A DNA stretch of 64,000 nucleotides, from contig NC_086109.1 in the NCBI RefSeq assembly GCF_963921235.1, forward strand, positions 12,834,001 through 12,898,000, given 5' to 3'. Within the stretch, counting starts at the first letter, position 1; every line of letters begins with the position of its first letter. Below are positions 11,801 to 26,800 of the stretch, one piece after another. A program made the translations under genes and the position numbers. Origin of the DNA: Mobula hypostoma. Its lineage: Eukaryota. Under the pieces are notes generated by a model that was not told the origin of the DNA, ran no database searches, and worked only from the letters and a program-made list of their open reading frames with translations.

Positions 11801-14800
11801 ATCTAAAGTGCAATGAACAGTTAAGTCTATCACTTGCTCCAGGAAGATGTGGAGCATCTCAAACATAGTTGGACTTGCACATCTAGACAAATTGAGAATA
11901 TTCCATTCATACTTCTGGCTTTACTTTGAAAAGTCTAGACTAGGTATCGACTTCTGAATCAGTGACATTCTTATAAAAGCAAAAGGAAAGACATAATATT
12001 GCAAATATTAGTGGGAATGACAGCAATTTGGCAATGGCAGGGGCAGGGATGAGTGTCGTTGCTATTACTAAGTAAAACGTGCTTGGGAAGCTGAGGGATC
12101 TGAAAGTAGATGAGTCATTTGGACCAGATGGACTACACCCAAGTTTCTGAAAGAGTTCTATAAAGAAATCGTGGAGGCATTAGTGGTCACCTTTCAAGAA
12201 TAACTAGACTCTGGAATGTTTGAAGGATTAGAAAATTGGAAATATCACCCCATTCCTTAAGAAAGGAGGGAAATAAAAGGAAGGGAATTGTCAAACGGTT
12301 AGCATGACTTCAGTAGTTGAGAAGATGTGGGAGTCTATTATTAAGAACAGGATTTTGGGGTACTTCGAAGTATATGATCAAATATGGTTTCCTTATGGGG
12401 ACATCGTGCCTGAAAAATCAGCCTCAGTATGCAAGGACATCCCTTTATTTTATTTATTTACCGATAGTGTACAGAATAGGCCTTTCCAGCCCTTTGGGCC
12501 ACAACACCGAAGGAACTCTCGACAAATTCAATTAATTGTAATCTGATCACAGGGCAATCTGCAAAGACCAATTACCCTAATGAGTATATCTTTGGACTGT
12601 GGCAGGAAACAGGACCACTCGGGGAGACCCCATACATTCCACACGGAGGATGTGCAGACTCCGTACATTAGAACAGAGATGAGGAGGAATTTCTGTAGCC
12701 AGAGGGTGTTGAATCTGTGGAATTCAATACCATACATGGCTTTTGAGGCCAAGTCACTGGGTATAATTAAAGCGTAGCTTAATAGTTTCTTGTTTAGGAA
12801 AGGCATCAAAGATTACGGGGAGAAATCCCAAGGATAGAATTGAGAGGGATAATAAATCGGCCTTGATGGAATAGTGGAGCAGACTGTATGGGCCAAATTG
12901 CCTAATTCTCTTCCTATGTTTCATGCTCTCATTGTCTTTGTTCACCTCCAGCTTTTGAATATCTGAGCAGCCCAAGTAAATTACTAACTTCTAAAATTGA
13001 GTTTTTGTTTGTTAAATAAAAAACCTCACTCACTTTGAGACATGAGAAGGAAATCCATTCCTTCTGTGAACAAGGCTGCTGCATTTCATGATTACAACAA
13101 GGATAATAAACCTTTAAATCCTTTTTAATCACTGAAGGAATGTCAGTGCAATGCGAGAGATGGGCTGGTGTTCAGCTTTCTGCACAGCAAGATTTACTTG
13201 TCTTTACGCTGAACTGAGTCCGTGGTTGGCAATTAACGGGCTCATGAGTTGGTTACAGTGATGACTGGTTTCTTGACTGTGGCCTCAGTTGTGTGAATTT
13301 CTGTTCCAAATGTTATTTGCTTACTTTGATTCGCTCTTTTTTTCTGTATATTGGGTGTTCTATTTTTTTTATGATTGCCTGGAAGGAGGTGAAACTCAAG
13401 GTTGTATATGGTATAGATTCTTCGATAATAAATGTACTTTGAACTTTGAATTTTCAGACTGAAGTGCAATCTGATTAGCTGTGATCCCATAAGCTGTCAC
13501 ATCTATGTAATGAAATAGAATTCTGAATTTAACATTTCAAAAGCGTGTTCCAGTTTAGAGAGGATGCTGCAGAGTCAGAGAGTTACAGGTTATGAAAACA
13601 GCAGCTTCACCCCAAATTGTCCATGCCGACCACAGTGTCTTCCTGAGCTTCTCCCATTTCCCTGCATTTGGCTGGTATCCTTCTAAAACTTTCCAATATG
13701 AACTTGTCCAAATGTATTTTAAATACTATATGTGTAACCATCTCCAGCACTTCCTCTGACAGCCCTTTCCACGCACACACTGCTCTGTGTGGAAAACCCT
13801 GCTGCTCCAGGCTCTCTAAGAATTTCCCCTCACTCCTTAAGTGAGTGTCTCTAGTTTTCAACTCCCCCACCTGGGATAAAGACAGTGATTATCCACCATA
13901 CCTTTGTCCACAAAACTAAGTAATACAATATAATCCATGTCAAACCACACACAACAAAGACTGACAAAAAACTGATATGCAAAAGATGGGGGCTGCTTGC
14001 TGGCACAGAGCAATGGGGGTGAACACCGGCTCATATTCAAGATCCTAATGTAAACTTACACAACTCTTTCCACTGTCCACCACACTGCAGTGTCACCCAT
14101 AACTTATTATTCATGCCTACACATTCATTCCAAATTATTAATATTACTGACAAACAACAGTTGTTAATAATCTTGAAACTTGAGCCTGCTTGTGTAAATT
14201 TGATTTTACCTGTCCATTTTCTGAAGATTTTCTCCCTCAGTTTCAGGTGCTTTATGGGCAGAAGCTAAAGTAAGAGGAGTTGTGGGAAGAGCGGTCACAA
14301 TCGATTGTCACTATGCACCAATGTACCGTTCACACACAAAGTATTTGTGCCGCATGTGGGATCGTCAATGCACATCGTCAGTGAACACAAATGGGACAAA
14401 TGAGCAGTATGGAAGAATGACAATCAGAGATAACACATCCCAGGGAATATTTACTGTTACTATGGAGAATCTTGTCTCTAATGATACAGGACTTTACAGA
14501 TGTGGAATTACAACACCTGGCAATCATCCAGTGTTTGATGTGCATCTCCAAGTATCTGATGGTAGGTTTCTCATTGATTGACTTGATGGCTCCACTGAAA
14601 TATCTGATTCAGGTTTGCTCTGGGAAGAGTCAGGGCAGCAGGAATATCCTGAGGCTCCACAGCAGTGCAGAGCCCTGTGGCGAGTGTGCAAAATGGGGAG
14701 ACCTCACTCATAATTCTCTCACCCACTGTGAGTTCTGATCCACTGTTGGGATACTGGTTTCCAGTGGAAGGCTCAGTGTATTTTCCTGCTTCTGAATTCC

Positions 14801-17800
14801 ATGAAACGTCACCCTGTTAAAGGAGGAGATGTTTGCTATCCTGAGGCAAATCAGTGTGAGTATATCCCCAAGGCCTGCTAACGTGTTATCTTGGACCTCA
14901 CGGGAGGCAAGTGCAGAAATTACCGGGGCCCTGGCAGACTTAATTAAAATATTCTTAGTGACTATGATGCTTAGTGCAGGGATTGGTGCTGGGTCTGTTG
15001 TTGTTTGCATCTGTATCAGTGATCTGGATGATAATGTGGCAAACTGGATCAGCAAATTTCCAGGTGACACCAAGATTGTGTGTGTATTGCACAGTAAGGA
15101 AGGCGATCACGGCTTGCAGAGAGATCAACAACAGATTGTAAAATGGGCTGAAAAATGACAGATGGAATTTAATGCAGACAAGAGTGAGGTTTTGCCCTTC
15201 AGTAGGACCAACCAGGGTAGGTCTTAAACAGCGAATGGTAGGGCACTGAGGAGTGTGGTAGAGCAAAGCAAAGACTGGTCCATAATATTTGTAGGTTGCG
15301 TAAGAGTTAGATAGGGCTGTAAAGAAAGCTTTTGGCACATTGTCCTTCATAAATTAATGTATTGAGTACAAGAGATGGAATGTTATGTTGAAGGTGTATA
15401 ACATATTGCTGAGGCCAAAGTTAGAGTATTTTGTGCAGTTTTGGTCACCTATCTGCAGGAGAGATATAAATAAGGTTGAAAAACTACAGACAAACTTTAC
15501 AAGTATGTTGCCAGTTGTAGAGGACCTTAGCTATCAGGAAAGAGTGACTAGGTTATGCCTGTGTTACTTACAATGTAGAAGCTTGAGAGGGCATTTGATA
15601 GAGTGCACAAAATTATGAGGGGTATAGAAAGGGCAAATGGAAGCAGGCTTTTCCCACCGAGGTTGGGTGGGACAACAACCAGAGGTCATGGGTTAAAAGT
15701 AAAAGGTGAGAAGTTTAAGGGAAGCATGAGGGAAACTTCTTCAATCAGCAGAACTTAAGAGTGAGGAATGAGCTGTCAGCTGTCAGTCATTGGGTATATT
15801 GAAAACAGGATTTCATAGGTTCTTGATTAGTAAGGGCATCAAAGCATACAGGGAGAAGGCAGGAGAATAGATTTGTTGGGATAATAAATCAGCCATGATG
15901 GAATGGTGGAGCAGACTCAATGGACAGAATGGCCTAATTCTGCTCCTATGTTTCATGGTATTATGGTCTATGATCTCACATGATTCCTTGTTGGCTTCAT
16001 ATCGGTATCAGTACATATAATGGGTTCTCTCGCTGCTGTAGATCACTGAAACCAAATCACAATTATACTCTGTCCTTAAAGTCACCATTCATTTTGTACA
16101 TATCTGACAATTTCCTGTTTTCAAATTATGGTGAGTTTTCCAGGACGCACACAATGTTGCCATTCCAAAGTCACATTACTAGGTATCACTTAAGACTGTC
16201 TCCTTGCTGCTGAGAGACTGAAGCCCAGATTTTCACTCAGTGTCATCACTGTTGTTCTGATCAGGAATCCTGCTGTTTTCAGGGATACTGACAGACATGG
16301 AAGTTCAGGCAGATGTGAGGATGCAGAGACAGAGTGGAGTAGATGAGCTGCTGAGATTCCAAACTTGTGGGTTCTGGTTGAGACACAAAACTGCTGAAAT
16401 CTTCAGTGTGATTGATCTTCAGAAGTTTGCTGATTTTTGGCCATAGAACCCTGTGCTATGTCTGTTCCTTTGCTTTGATCTTCACCACCAAAAAGCGGCT
16501 CAAGTTGTGCGGACTCCGTGTCAGTGTCCTGTGAGTCCGTCCATGGATCCCTTCCCATTCAGTACTCATGGTATGAAAAGACTCCATCTGTGGATTTAAA
16601 TACATCTGATACCAATAAACTGGAGCTACATTGTCAATCCATAAAATAATGTATTATTGCAAAGCTTCAAATGTTAATGGAACAACGTACAGTGAAGTGG
16701 TCAGTGTGTCCATCTCCAGCAGTGTCAGCACCTGCAGAAATGTGATTGAAGTCAACAGCACGGGTAAGTGGTGCAGGGTTTGATTCTTTACGATGGTTGA
16801 TGGAGTACAACTGAATGACTGATGCCTGTTGGATATTGTGTTGTTGGAACTTCACTCAGGAGCATGGAGTGTATGTTGTCACCACCTTTCAGAGAATGAA
16901 AAACCTTTCGGCACAGCAGTTCAAATGTGAGTCTCTCAGCACAGTGTCTCCTGTCTCCGATCTTCTTTCGCTGGCTGACTGTGAATGTGTCACAGCTGCT
17001 AATATTTCTGGCCATTTGTTAAGACAGTCCTTCCAAGAAAAAAATCACTCAAAATTCAAAGTAAATTTATATCAAAGTACACATGTGTCACCATACACTA
17101 CCCTGAGATTCATTTTCTTGCAAGCATTCAAGTAGATACCAATAAATAAAACAGAATCAATGAAAAACAACACATCGAAGATGGACAAATAACCAATGTG
17201 CAAAAGATGACATACTGTGCAAATACAAAAGAAACAAATTAGTAATAAGTAAATAAATAAATAATATTGAGAACATAGGTTGTAGAGTCCTTGCAAATGA
17301 GTCCATAGTTTGTGGAATCGGTTCACTGTTGAAGTGAGTGAAGTTATCCACACTGGTTTAGGAGCCTGATTGTTGAAGGGTAATAACTGTTTCTGAACCT
17401 GGTGTTGTGGCAGTAGCATGAAGAAAGCATGGCCTGGATGGTAGCAGTCCCTGATGATGGATGCTGTTTTCTCGTGGCAGAGCTCCTTGGAGACTTTTAT
17501 CCATATTTGCTCTGCCTGAATTTATAAACAATTATCTGTGCTGCATTTGAGAGAAAATGGGCTGAGTCATAAAATTAAAGGAGATTTATCTTGATGAAAA
17601 GTACAGAAATCACATGGATCGTGAATGTCTGTGTCCTAAAAACAACATATGACCACACAAAAAAGAAGAACTGTGTATTCTCATTCACTGAGTCTCCATG
17701 CAAAAGCGAAGACAGATTGAGCCCAAGTGAATTCTATGGGTGAGCAGTTTCAAGGACAGAAACATTATTGGAGCGGGTAGGGTTAAATTGGAAACATTCA

Positions 17801-20800
17801 ACCACTAAACCACTGGGGGCTTGGATGAGTTGAATTCTGTCTATTTCCCCAATTCAGTGAATTGAAAATAATTGGGTAAAAAATTTAGTGACACTTAGAC
17901 TGTGGAATAACAGGAATATAGATAATTATCTGGATAGCAATAGAATAGAAAATGGAGGAATATTATGAGTTTTGGGTGTCCTTGTACATCTTTCACTGAA
18001 GGTATACTTGCAGATGCAGCAAGACATAAAGAATGCAAATTGTATTCAGACTTGCAGAGAGAAGATTCGCATAAAGGAACAAGAATGAAACACTGCAATG
18101 ATACAGGGAACAAATTTCAAAGTATATTTATTATTAAAGTATCTGTACCGTATACAACCTTGAAATTCATCTCCTTACGGGCAGCCATAACACAAAGAAA
18201 CCTAATAGAACCTATCAAAAAAAGAACATCAAACACTCAATGTGCAAAAAAAATACTAATCAATCAAATACTAATAGTAAGCAAATAACATTCAGGACTG
18301 AAGTCCACAGCCATGAAGCCAAGCAAGCCGATCTAGGAGCCCGTTAGTTGCTGGCCACAGCCTCAACTCAGCGCAGTGATGGCTAAACCTTGTGGAGCAG
18401 TTAGCCTCACATCAGCCCGTCCCTCTTGTCCAGCCCTGACACCCTGAACTTTTCAATCTGGTCCAGTGCTTTAACCAGCCAAACAGAAAGTCATTCCTCA
18501 CACTCACACTCAGGCCCTGCTGCTTCGATATGCTCTCATGCTCGGGACCCGCCGACTCAATTCGGCTCGTACCCAATATTTCCACTCAGGCCTGAAGTTT
18601 AAATCGGTCAGACACCAACTTGATCCTCACTCTCGGGCCACCAATATTGTGTGCATGATTTGGTCCGATGAAAGATGTTCCTGTTATGGAAGGAGGTGAA
18701 CAAAGGAACAAGTGACATTAGATCAGAGATTTGGTTGATAAGGTTTTTATTTACTGGAGTTTAGAAGGCTGAGAGGTGATGTCATAGAAATGTGCAATAT
18801 TTTAACAGGGTGATACTGGTGTAGATAGGATGCTTCCAATGCCAGGGAATACAGGATAGGCATGGAGTCTTAGAATAATCTGGAGATGCCTACTGATTGT
18901 TGATGGAGTACTGTAACAGCTTTTTGTGTCTGCTCCTATATTACTTACTTTGCTGTTTCCAAGCTGTTTTGAAATCTTACTTGAAAACATAACATTGTTT
19001 TATTATGAGGGGTGCCAAAGGTAAAAAAGAAGAGGACTCTCCTGCAACTTTGGAATCTATTATGGAGACACTTCGGAAACATAAAAAAGTATTTTCAGAG
19101 GAGTTCCAGCAGAAGTTCCAGCAGCTCAGCGCTGAAATTAAACAAATTGATGTAAAATTGGACTCTATTCAAAAAACCTTAATTGAACATGATAAACGAT
19201 TACAGGAGAATGAAGATACTCTGACGATTTTAGATGCGAAAATTGAAGACCTGCAACAGCTTTGTGAAAAACAGTCAAAGTCTAATGAAAAATTAAGACA
19301 GAAGATTATCAACATAGAAAACAGAAGTAGAAGAAATAATCTACGAATTCTGGGTCTTGAAGAGTTAATGGAAGGTAATCAGCCTATGGAATCCTTTGCA
19401 AACTTCTTGGCAAAATTATTTCCTAAAATTTTAAAATCTCCACCTTAAATTGATCAAACCCATAGATCACCCGTGCCCAGACCTGTCGAGGGAGAAAGAT
19501 CCCGACCAGCGATAATCTGTTTCATGATTTTCAAACAAAAGAACTTTTAATTCGTGAATTCCATTGAAGAGGTATGATTGATTACAACGGCCAGAAGATC
19601 AGAATTGTTGAGGATTTTTCACCTGAGGTGGTGAATGAGCACTTCAAGTTTAAACAGGTTATGTCGGAACTGTATAACAAAGGTTTCAAGCCATCTCTCT
19701 GTTACCCTGCTCGGCTCAGAATTATTTTGAGGAATGGTTCTCAGAAATGGCTCCGTTCAATACAAGACGCTCAAGAGTTTTTTTAGAATCAGGAGACTAA
19801 CTGTTTAATATCTTCCTACATGAATAATTGCTTCTTTTACTTTTGGTATACCTTTGCAGCTAACTCTCTTTTTGAACTCTTCAATGCTTTACTTAAAAAA
19901 TAAGATTTTAATGAGATAATACCTTGAGTGTTAATATGTTTTGAACTTTGATAGTTTTTTTTAAATATTATATATTATACATTTTTGAGGTTTTTCCTTT
20001 CAATAAGGTTTAGTTGCTTTGTCTCATGAGTTGTCTAGGTTGGAATGCAGTTAATCTTGGAAAATGATTTGGACCTATACTTTTGGGAAAGTAATGTCAT
20101 TAGGTTTAGCTGTCGACTGACTATTGGTCGGCTTTTTGACTTTGGGTGGGGGGCGGGGTGTTTTCTTTTCTGTAAGCTGTTTTGGTCACTTAGCCACACT
20201 TGTTGCCTGGTTACCCTATCTCAAAGTTCATTGTTTGGATTTAATATACATTCCAGTGGTTACTATTCTAACCTTTCTTTTAAGTAGTATTAAGAATGGA
20301 TCATACTATTAATTTACTTAGTTTTAACGTAAATGGATTAAACTACCCCGTAAAACGGAATGAGATATTTACCTACATTAAAAAATTTAAGGTCCCAATT
20401 ATTTTTTTACAAGAAACTCACGTTCGTAAATATGACAACTTATGCATCTTTAGTCGTTGGAAAAGATAACAATTTCATTCCTACTTTCAGGATAAGTCGA
20501 GGGGATTTTGATTTTTATAGATACAGTTTCTTTTGTTCAACATAAAGTACCAATGGGCATTTGGTTATAGTATCAGGAAAATTAGATAATAAATTAATGG
20601 CACTTGCTAATGTGTATGTCCCGAATATAGATGATCCAGGGTTTTTTTGAGTGTTTTTTTTTGCTTTTGCCAGATTTAAGTCTTTACCCACTGGTCTTGG
20701 GCAGAGATTTTAATTGCTGGTTAGACCCAGTTTTAGATTGATCATCTTCCAAACCAGCGACACTTAGTAAATCAGCCTTGTTTATTCAATCTTTTCTAAT

Positions 20801-23800
20801 GACATATGATATTATTGATGTCTGGCATTTCTTACATCCAATAGATAAGGAGTACTCGTTTTTTTCCCATATCCAACATAAGTATTCCAGGATTGATTAT
20901 TTTTTATTGATTGCCCAATGATTCCATCAGTTTGATGCTGTGAATATAAAGAGATTGCTGTCTCAGATCATGCTCCTGTGTTTTTATCTTTCAATCTCCC
21001 TCGTCTCCCTCAAATAAACAGATTTTGGCATTTTAATCCAACTTTGCTATCAGATAAGGATTTTTTAAAAAATTGGAGAGACAAATTACTCTTTTTTTTG
21101 AAGAGAATACACAGGAAAAGACTTCTAGTCTTATTATATGGGATGCCCTTAAGGCTTATATTAGAGGACAAATTATTTTTTATACTGCAAATGTTAAGCA
21201 AAAAGCTAATAAAGAGAGAATTGAAGTAGCTAATCAGTTGAAACAATTAGATCAGAAATACGCCTTGGCTCCAGAACCCGCTTTATATCAAAGGCGTGTT
21301 GAAATTTAAACTAAATATGATCTTCTTTTAACATAGCCAATTGAAACTCAACTCCTAAAAGATAAAAGTCAATTTTATATTCATGGAGGCAAAACAGGTA
21401 AATTATTGGCTAACCAATTAAAAACATTTATAGCTAAATGGCAAATTAAAGAAATTCGTAAAGCCAATGGTGATAGGACAACTGATCATTTAGATATAAA
21501 TGATAGCTTTAGAGAATTTTATTCTAAACTTTATAGTTCTGATCTTCCTAAAGATAATACTGTTATGAATAATTTCTTAGATCAATTAAACATCCCTACA
21601 CTTTCTGATGATAACCGAAAACAGTTTGATCTACCTATTTCTTATGAGGAAATGGCCGAGGCTGTATGTTCATTGCACTCGGGGAAGGCTCTGGATCTGA
21701 TGGATTTTCCGGAGAATTTTATAAGGCTTTTTTCCTCATTGGTTATACCTCACATATATTCAGTCCTCCTGGACTACTTTAAGTTGGGTAGCTTGCCACA
21801 ATCTTTTTATGCAGCTTCTGTTTAACTTATTCTTAAAAAGAATAAGAACCCAACTGAATGCTCTTCGTATAGACCAATCTCCTTACTTATTGTTGACACT
21901 AAAATCCTATCCAAAGTTTTGGCTCACAGGATTGAAAATATTTTACCATCTATCATTTGGATTTCTTAAAAATTGATATTCCCACTTTAATATTCGTCAT
22001 TTATTAAATGTTATTTAATCTTCTTCTAAAGAGATATCAGAATGTACAATATCCTTAGATGCTGAGAAATCTTTTGATCAGGTTGAATGGAATTATTTAT
22101 TTAAAACCTCAGAAAAATTTAATTTTGGGCCCAATTTTATTCGATGGATTCAGTTACTTTATTTATTTCCCTCTGCTCGAGTTCTTACTAACTCTCAGAA
22201 TTCCAAAACATTTAAACTTCAACATGGAACATGGAAGGTTGTCCTTTGAGTCCCTTGCTTTTTGATCTGGCCTTAGAACCCTTAGCTATTGCTTTTTGAG
22301 AATCTAATCATATCACTGGTATTTTAAGGAGAGGTACTATTCACAAAGTTTTGCTTTATGCTGACAATCTATTGCTTTATATTTCTAATGCTGAGACTTC
22401 AGTACCTTCCGTGCTTTCCTTGCTCTCTTGTTTTGGTCAGTTTTCAGGATATAAATTAAACTTTCATAAAAGTGAACATTTTCCTTTGAATAATTTGGTA
22501 TCAATTAATACTAATCTTCCTTTTGAATTTGTAAAAATTCAATTTACTTATTTAGCTGTAACAATTACCAGGAACTATAAATATTTATTTAAAGCAAATT
22601 TTTTTACCCTACTGAATTATATAAAAAGGGCACTATCAAAATGGTCGCCCCTTTCATTATTGTTGATTGGCCAAATTAATTCTATTAAAATGAATATCTT
22701 GCCTAAATTTTTATCTTTTTCAGGCCTTATCTGTTTTTATTCCTAAATCCTTCTTTGATTCTTTTGATTCTACATATCTTCATATATATGGAAAAATAAA
22801 CTTTCTTAACTAAATAAAGTTCATCTTCAAAAAGCTAACAAGAATGGAGGTTTAGCTTTCCCAAATTTTAGGTTTTATTACTGGGCAGTCAATATACGGA
22901 ACCTCACATTTTGGTCATATTATGTTAACCCAGAGGACTGTTCGGTTTGGGTTTCTTTAGAAGCTACCTCTGTTAATAAATTTTCTATAATTTCTCTTCT
23001 CGGATCCTCAATTCCTTTATTTTTAAGTAAACTAACTGATAGTTAGGTACAATTTAGAAAATATTTTGGTTTATTGAGATTTTCTCTTTCAAGTCCCATT
23101 TTTACTAACTTTTTTTTAAACCTTCTATGACTGATGTATTTTTCAAAGATTGGGATAGACTGGGTATTAAATGCTTCTAGGATTTGTTCGTGGAGAAATT
23201 CACTTTCCGTTTGAGCAGTTGTCAGCTAAATATAGCTTAACAAAAATCCACCTTTTTCGATATTTACAAATTAGAGACTTCCTGCGATCTCAATTACATA
23301 CATTTCTTTAAAATCCCGATAAGAATTTATTAGATGTAATTTTTTAATTTGAAACCTTTTCATAATGGATCAATATCTAATATTTATGGTATATTGTTGG
23401 GAATGAGAAATGCCCCTTTACACAAAATTTAAAATCTCTGGGAACAAGACTTACAGACTTCAATTTCTGACGAAACTTGGAATGAAATTTTTAAATTGGT
23501 TAATACCTCATCATTGTGCCTGTCATTCCCTCCTACAGTTTAGTGGTTCATAGGGCCCACATGACTAAAGATAAGCGGTCTCTTTTTTATTCAGATATAT
23601 GTCCCTATTGTGACAGATTAACAATGGAGAAGCTTCATTAATTCATATGTTCTGGACATGCCCGAGTCTTGAAAAATATTGGAAGGAAGTGTTCCAAACT
23701 TCTTCTGTACTTTTCAAAGTAAATTTTAAACCTAACCCTTTGACTGACTTATTTGGAGGAAAATATATCATCTTGGAGACACCTGATTTGCACATTTTGG

Positions 23801-26800
23801 CTTTTATTTCTCTTATAGCTGGGAGGGTATTGTTGCTTAAGTGGAAGGATGTTGCTCCGCCTACACATGTTCAATGGATAAGTGATGTTATGTCGTGCCC
23901 AAATTTAGACAAGATTCATTGTTCAATTTCTGAATCTAGACAAGACTTTCTAACATTGTGGGGACCCTTTTTGAATTATTTTCAAAATCTTTGACTTGTT
24001 ATTATGTACAGATGTTGGCCAATAATATGTTTTATATATGATAAGGATTTTTTTCCTTTTTTCTTTCTTTACCAAACAGCTTTTCTTGGTAGTGTGTTTA
24101 GATTTTTTTGTATAATAAAATTATTACTTTTCAATATTACAATTTAATTTAATTTACATGAATACAGGGTAATGAGACTATAAGTGTGATTAAATATATT
24201 GCAATTGATATAATATATATCCTCCCGTACTCTGTATTCTTTTATGTAAGAAATCAATACAAATATTGAAAAAGAAAAAAATAATCTATAAGGGTGAGCC
24301 ATTTAAGACTGGGAATAGGGAAGACTTCTTCCCTCTGAAAGTGGAGAACCCTGTATTCACGAAAGATTTAGTTGTTTTTCTCAGAGGTAGAGAGATCAAA
24401 AAAATATGGGAGAGAATTATCTCCCAGAAATACTGGATATCACAGGGTTTATTGAAAGACAGAAAGCAGGTAATCACCAATAATAGTGGAAAGGTGTTGG
24501 GAATACTGATATGGGAGAAAACCAATAAATCTCCAGGTTCTGATACTCTACATCCCAGATAACATAAGGAATTGGCATTGGGAAAATATAGATGCATTGC
24601 TGGTCCTTTTTAATTCCAATGGATTGGAGAGAAGATCACTACTCTATTTTTAAAAGGAGGTGGAGAGAAAAGAAGAAATTACAGATCAATTAACCTGACA
24701 TTGGTATCAGGAAATGCGGTGAAGAAGGACAAAACCAAAACCAATGTATTGAATTGGTCTTGAGTTTCTTTGCACCCATTATAAATTTCCCCATTTCTGT
24801 CTGTTAGATATCCTATATTTGTTTTAATTAACCTTCTGTTCACATACGTATTGAAGTTTTCACATAGGTACATATGTTTCCGGCAAACTTGCTCACTTTC
24901 TATATTTTCAGTGTTTTAATCAATTACTTTGTTTTCTTTTAACTTCTAAAATACTTCTAATACTCAGCATTGCTGCTTTTACTGAACATGGCACATTTCC
25001 CTGGATCTAATAGGTTCACAAATTTCTTTTGAAAGTCGTGCTTGATAGTCTAAAAGCTCGAAGGGGGTCTCTTTAATGCATAAAGTATTCCCTGAGGAAT
25101 AGATGGAGCTCATGTTGAAAGGGATGTTTCACAGGCTGCAGGGTCCGGACTGGGGACAATTACAGGAGAACATTGATCATCATTTCATTCTTATACTTAG
25201 ATCTATTACTCTGTGCAGTTTAAGCAAATGTTTCAAAAATGAAAAGCTTTATTCAAATATCTGAGTGCTCGCTGGCGGAGTGGAAAGTTTTCCTCCAACA
25301 AGAGAATCACAGAAATCCTATACGTACATAGAAAATCGTTATCAATATTTTATGACAGCTTCTGAGAATGGTTGAGGTTTCCGTCACACAAAGTCATACT
25401 GGGGTTCGAGGATGGGAATGAGTGGACAACATAAAATTGGTGTACGTTCTGATATATGTGCAACAAATAAATCTCACCTTTAATCATTAAAAGTGTATTA
25501 AATAACAGATCACCTTTGGTCTACCGTGCTCAAATACCTATTGGTCTTACAACTCTGCTCTCTTGGTTTTGCAAGTACAAAGCAGATGAAATTGAATTTC
25601 ATACTCTTTTAACAGGGTCAAATCATTTCAGTGAAAATACTGTGACAAAATCAAAGACAAGTACACAAAGGTAAGAAACTATTTCACCTCAAACGTAAAG
25701 TATAAGGTTCTCTCTACAGGAGGTTTCACTGCGACTGTTTCCAAATATATTCAGTGGGAGAGAAATTTGTTTCTCTTTAACTGGATTTACACTTGTTTGA
25801 CATGATTAACTTCAATGAAATGATGTATTGGAAACTGAATATTCCTGATTTTATTGTACAGGCATCAAGCCTGAAAACAAATATAATTTTCTTAACCTAA
25901 ATATTTAATAATTTAAGTATAGCAGTTGAAGCTCATGTTCTGAGTCATAAAGTCATTGTTATATATTAGAACAACAGGCTCTTCAGCCTGACTCGTCCAA
26001 GCCAAACAAGAGTCCAGACAGCCACGAAACGAAGAAAACCATGGGGGCCGTTCCAAGAACAGGTTCGGTTACATGGTCAGCAATGGTGTCTGTCAGAGAA
26101 GAAACTGCCAATCAAACCCATTGTGCAACAGTTCTGATGAAATGTTTGCAAAGGAATATGGTAGGGTTCCCAAATGGCCTGGACAATCGTTACTCTCTAA
26201 CCAACATCACTATCATTGGTCATGGTCACATTTCTGCTTGTGAGACCTTGCTGTGAGCAGATTGGCTGCTGCAATTTCCCACAGTCAACAGTGTCTAATG
26301 TTCACTTTCTGAGCTGCAGACATCCTGAGCTCATGAAAAATGCTGTGTAAGTGTCAGACTTTACAAATGGCCAAGAATAAGTGGTGAACCAGGACTGACC
26401 TTTTCCTATTCTTTACCACAGACACACTTACATGATTGTGCTCAGTATCATTGGAATTCTTCTCATACTACTTGTCGTTTGTCTCCTTTGCTACCTGAAG
26501 AGAAAAAACAGGGGTAGGTTTTGTTTTTGCTTTCATTATTTCATGATGAAAATGATAGCAACTGCTGAATCTGAAGGAACGTGATTCGGTTGCAGTCAAC
26601 AAAAAGCCAGGTTTAGAGTGCTGATGTGTTGGTTTACAACACATGAATGAATGGTGTTGCTCTCACTGTAACATGGTGACTCCATTATTCCTGAAACATC
26701 AGGTGATGGAATCTCACATCAACTGTGGAATGGCAGAGAACCAAGAGTTTGGGTAGGAGAAAGATTTAGATGGTCTCGCCTGTTGTTCTCAGTTTTGGGA

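Larger units (their letters stand above)
18882..24279 (+). mobile_element. Full-length but decayed L1-clade LINE (5.4 kb) in the receptor intron, sense orientation
   Basis: 8-bp TSD AATAATCT (18874-18881 and 24280-24287), ORF1, spacer, ORF2 and an A-rich tail. It is inserted into a CR1 fragment that resumes after 24287. Confidence 0.92.

Noticed and set aside
14241-16763. V2-C2 as a separate gene
   Set aside because: No leader exon or promoter block of the 1670/8848 type was found between 11663 and 14240, and no TM exon between C2-1 and V2. Internal duplication is more parsimonious.
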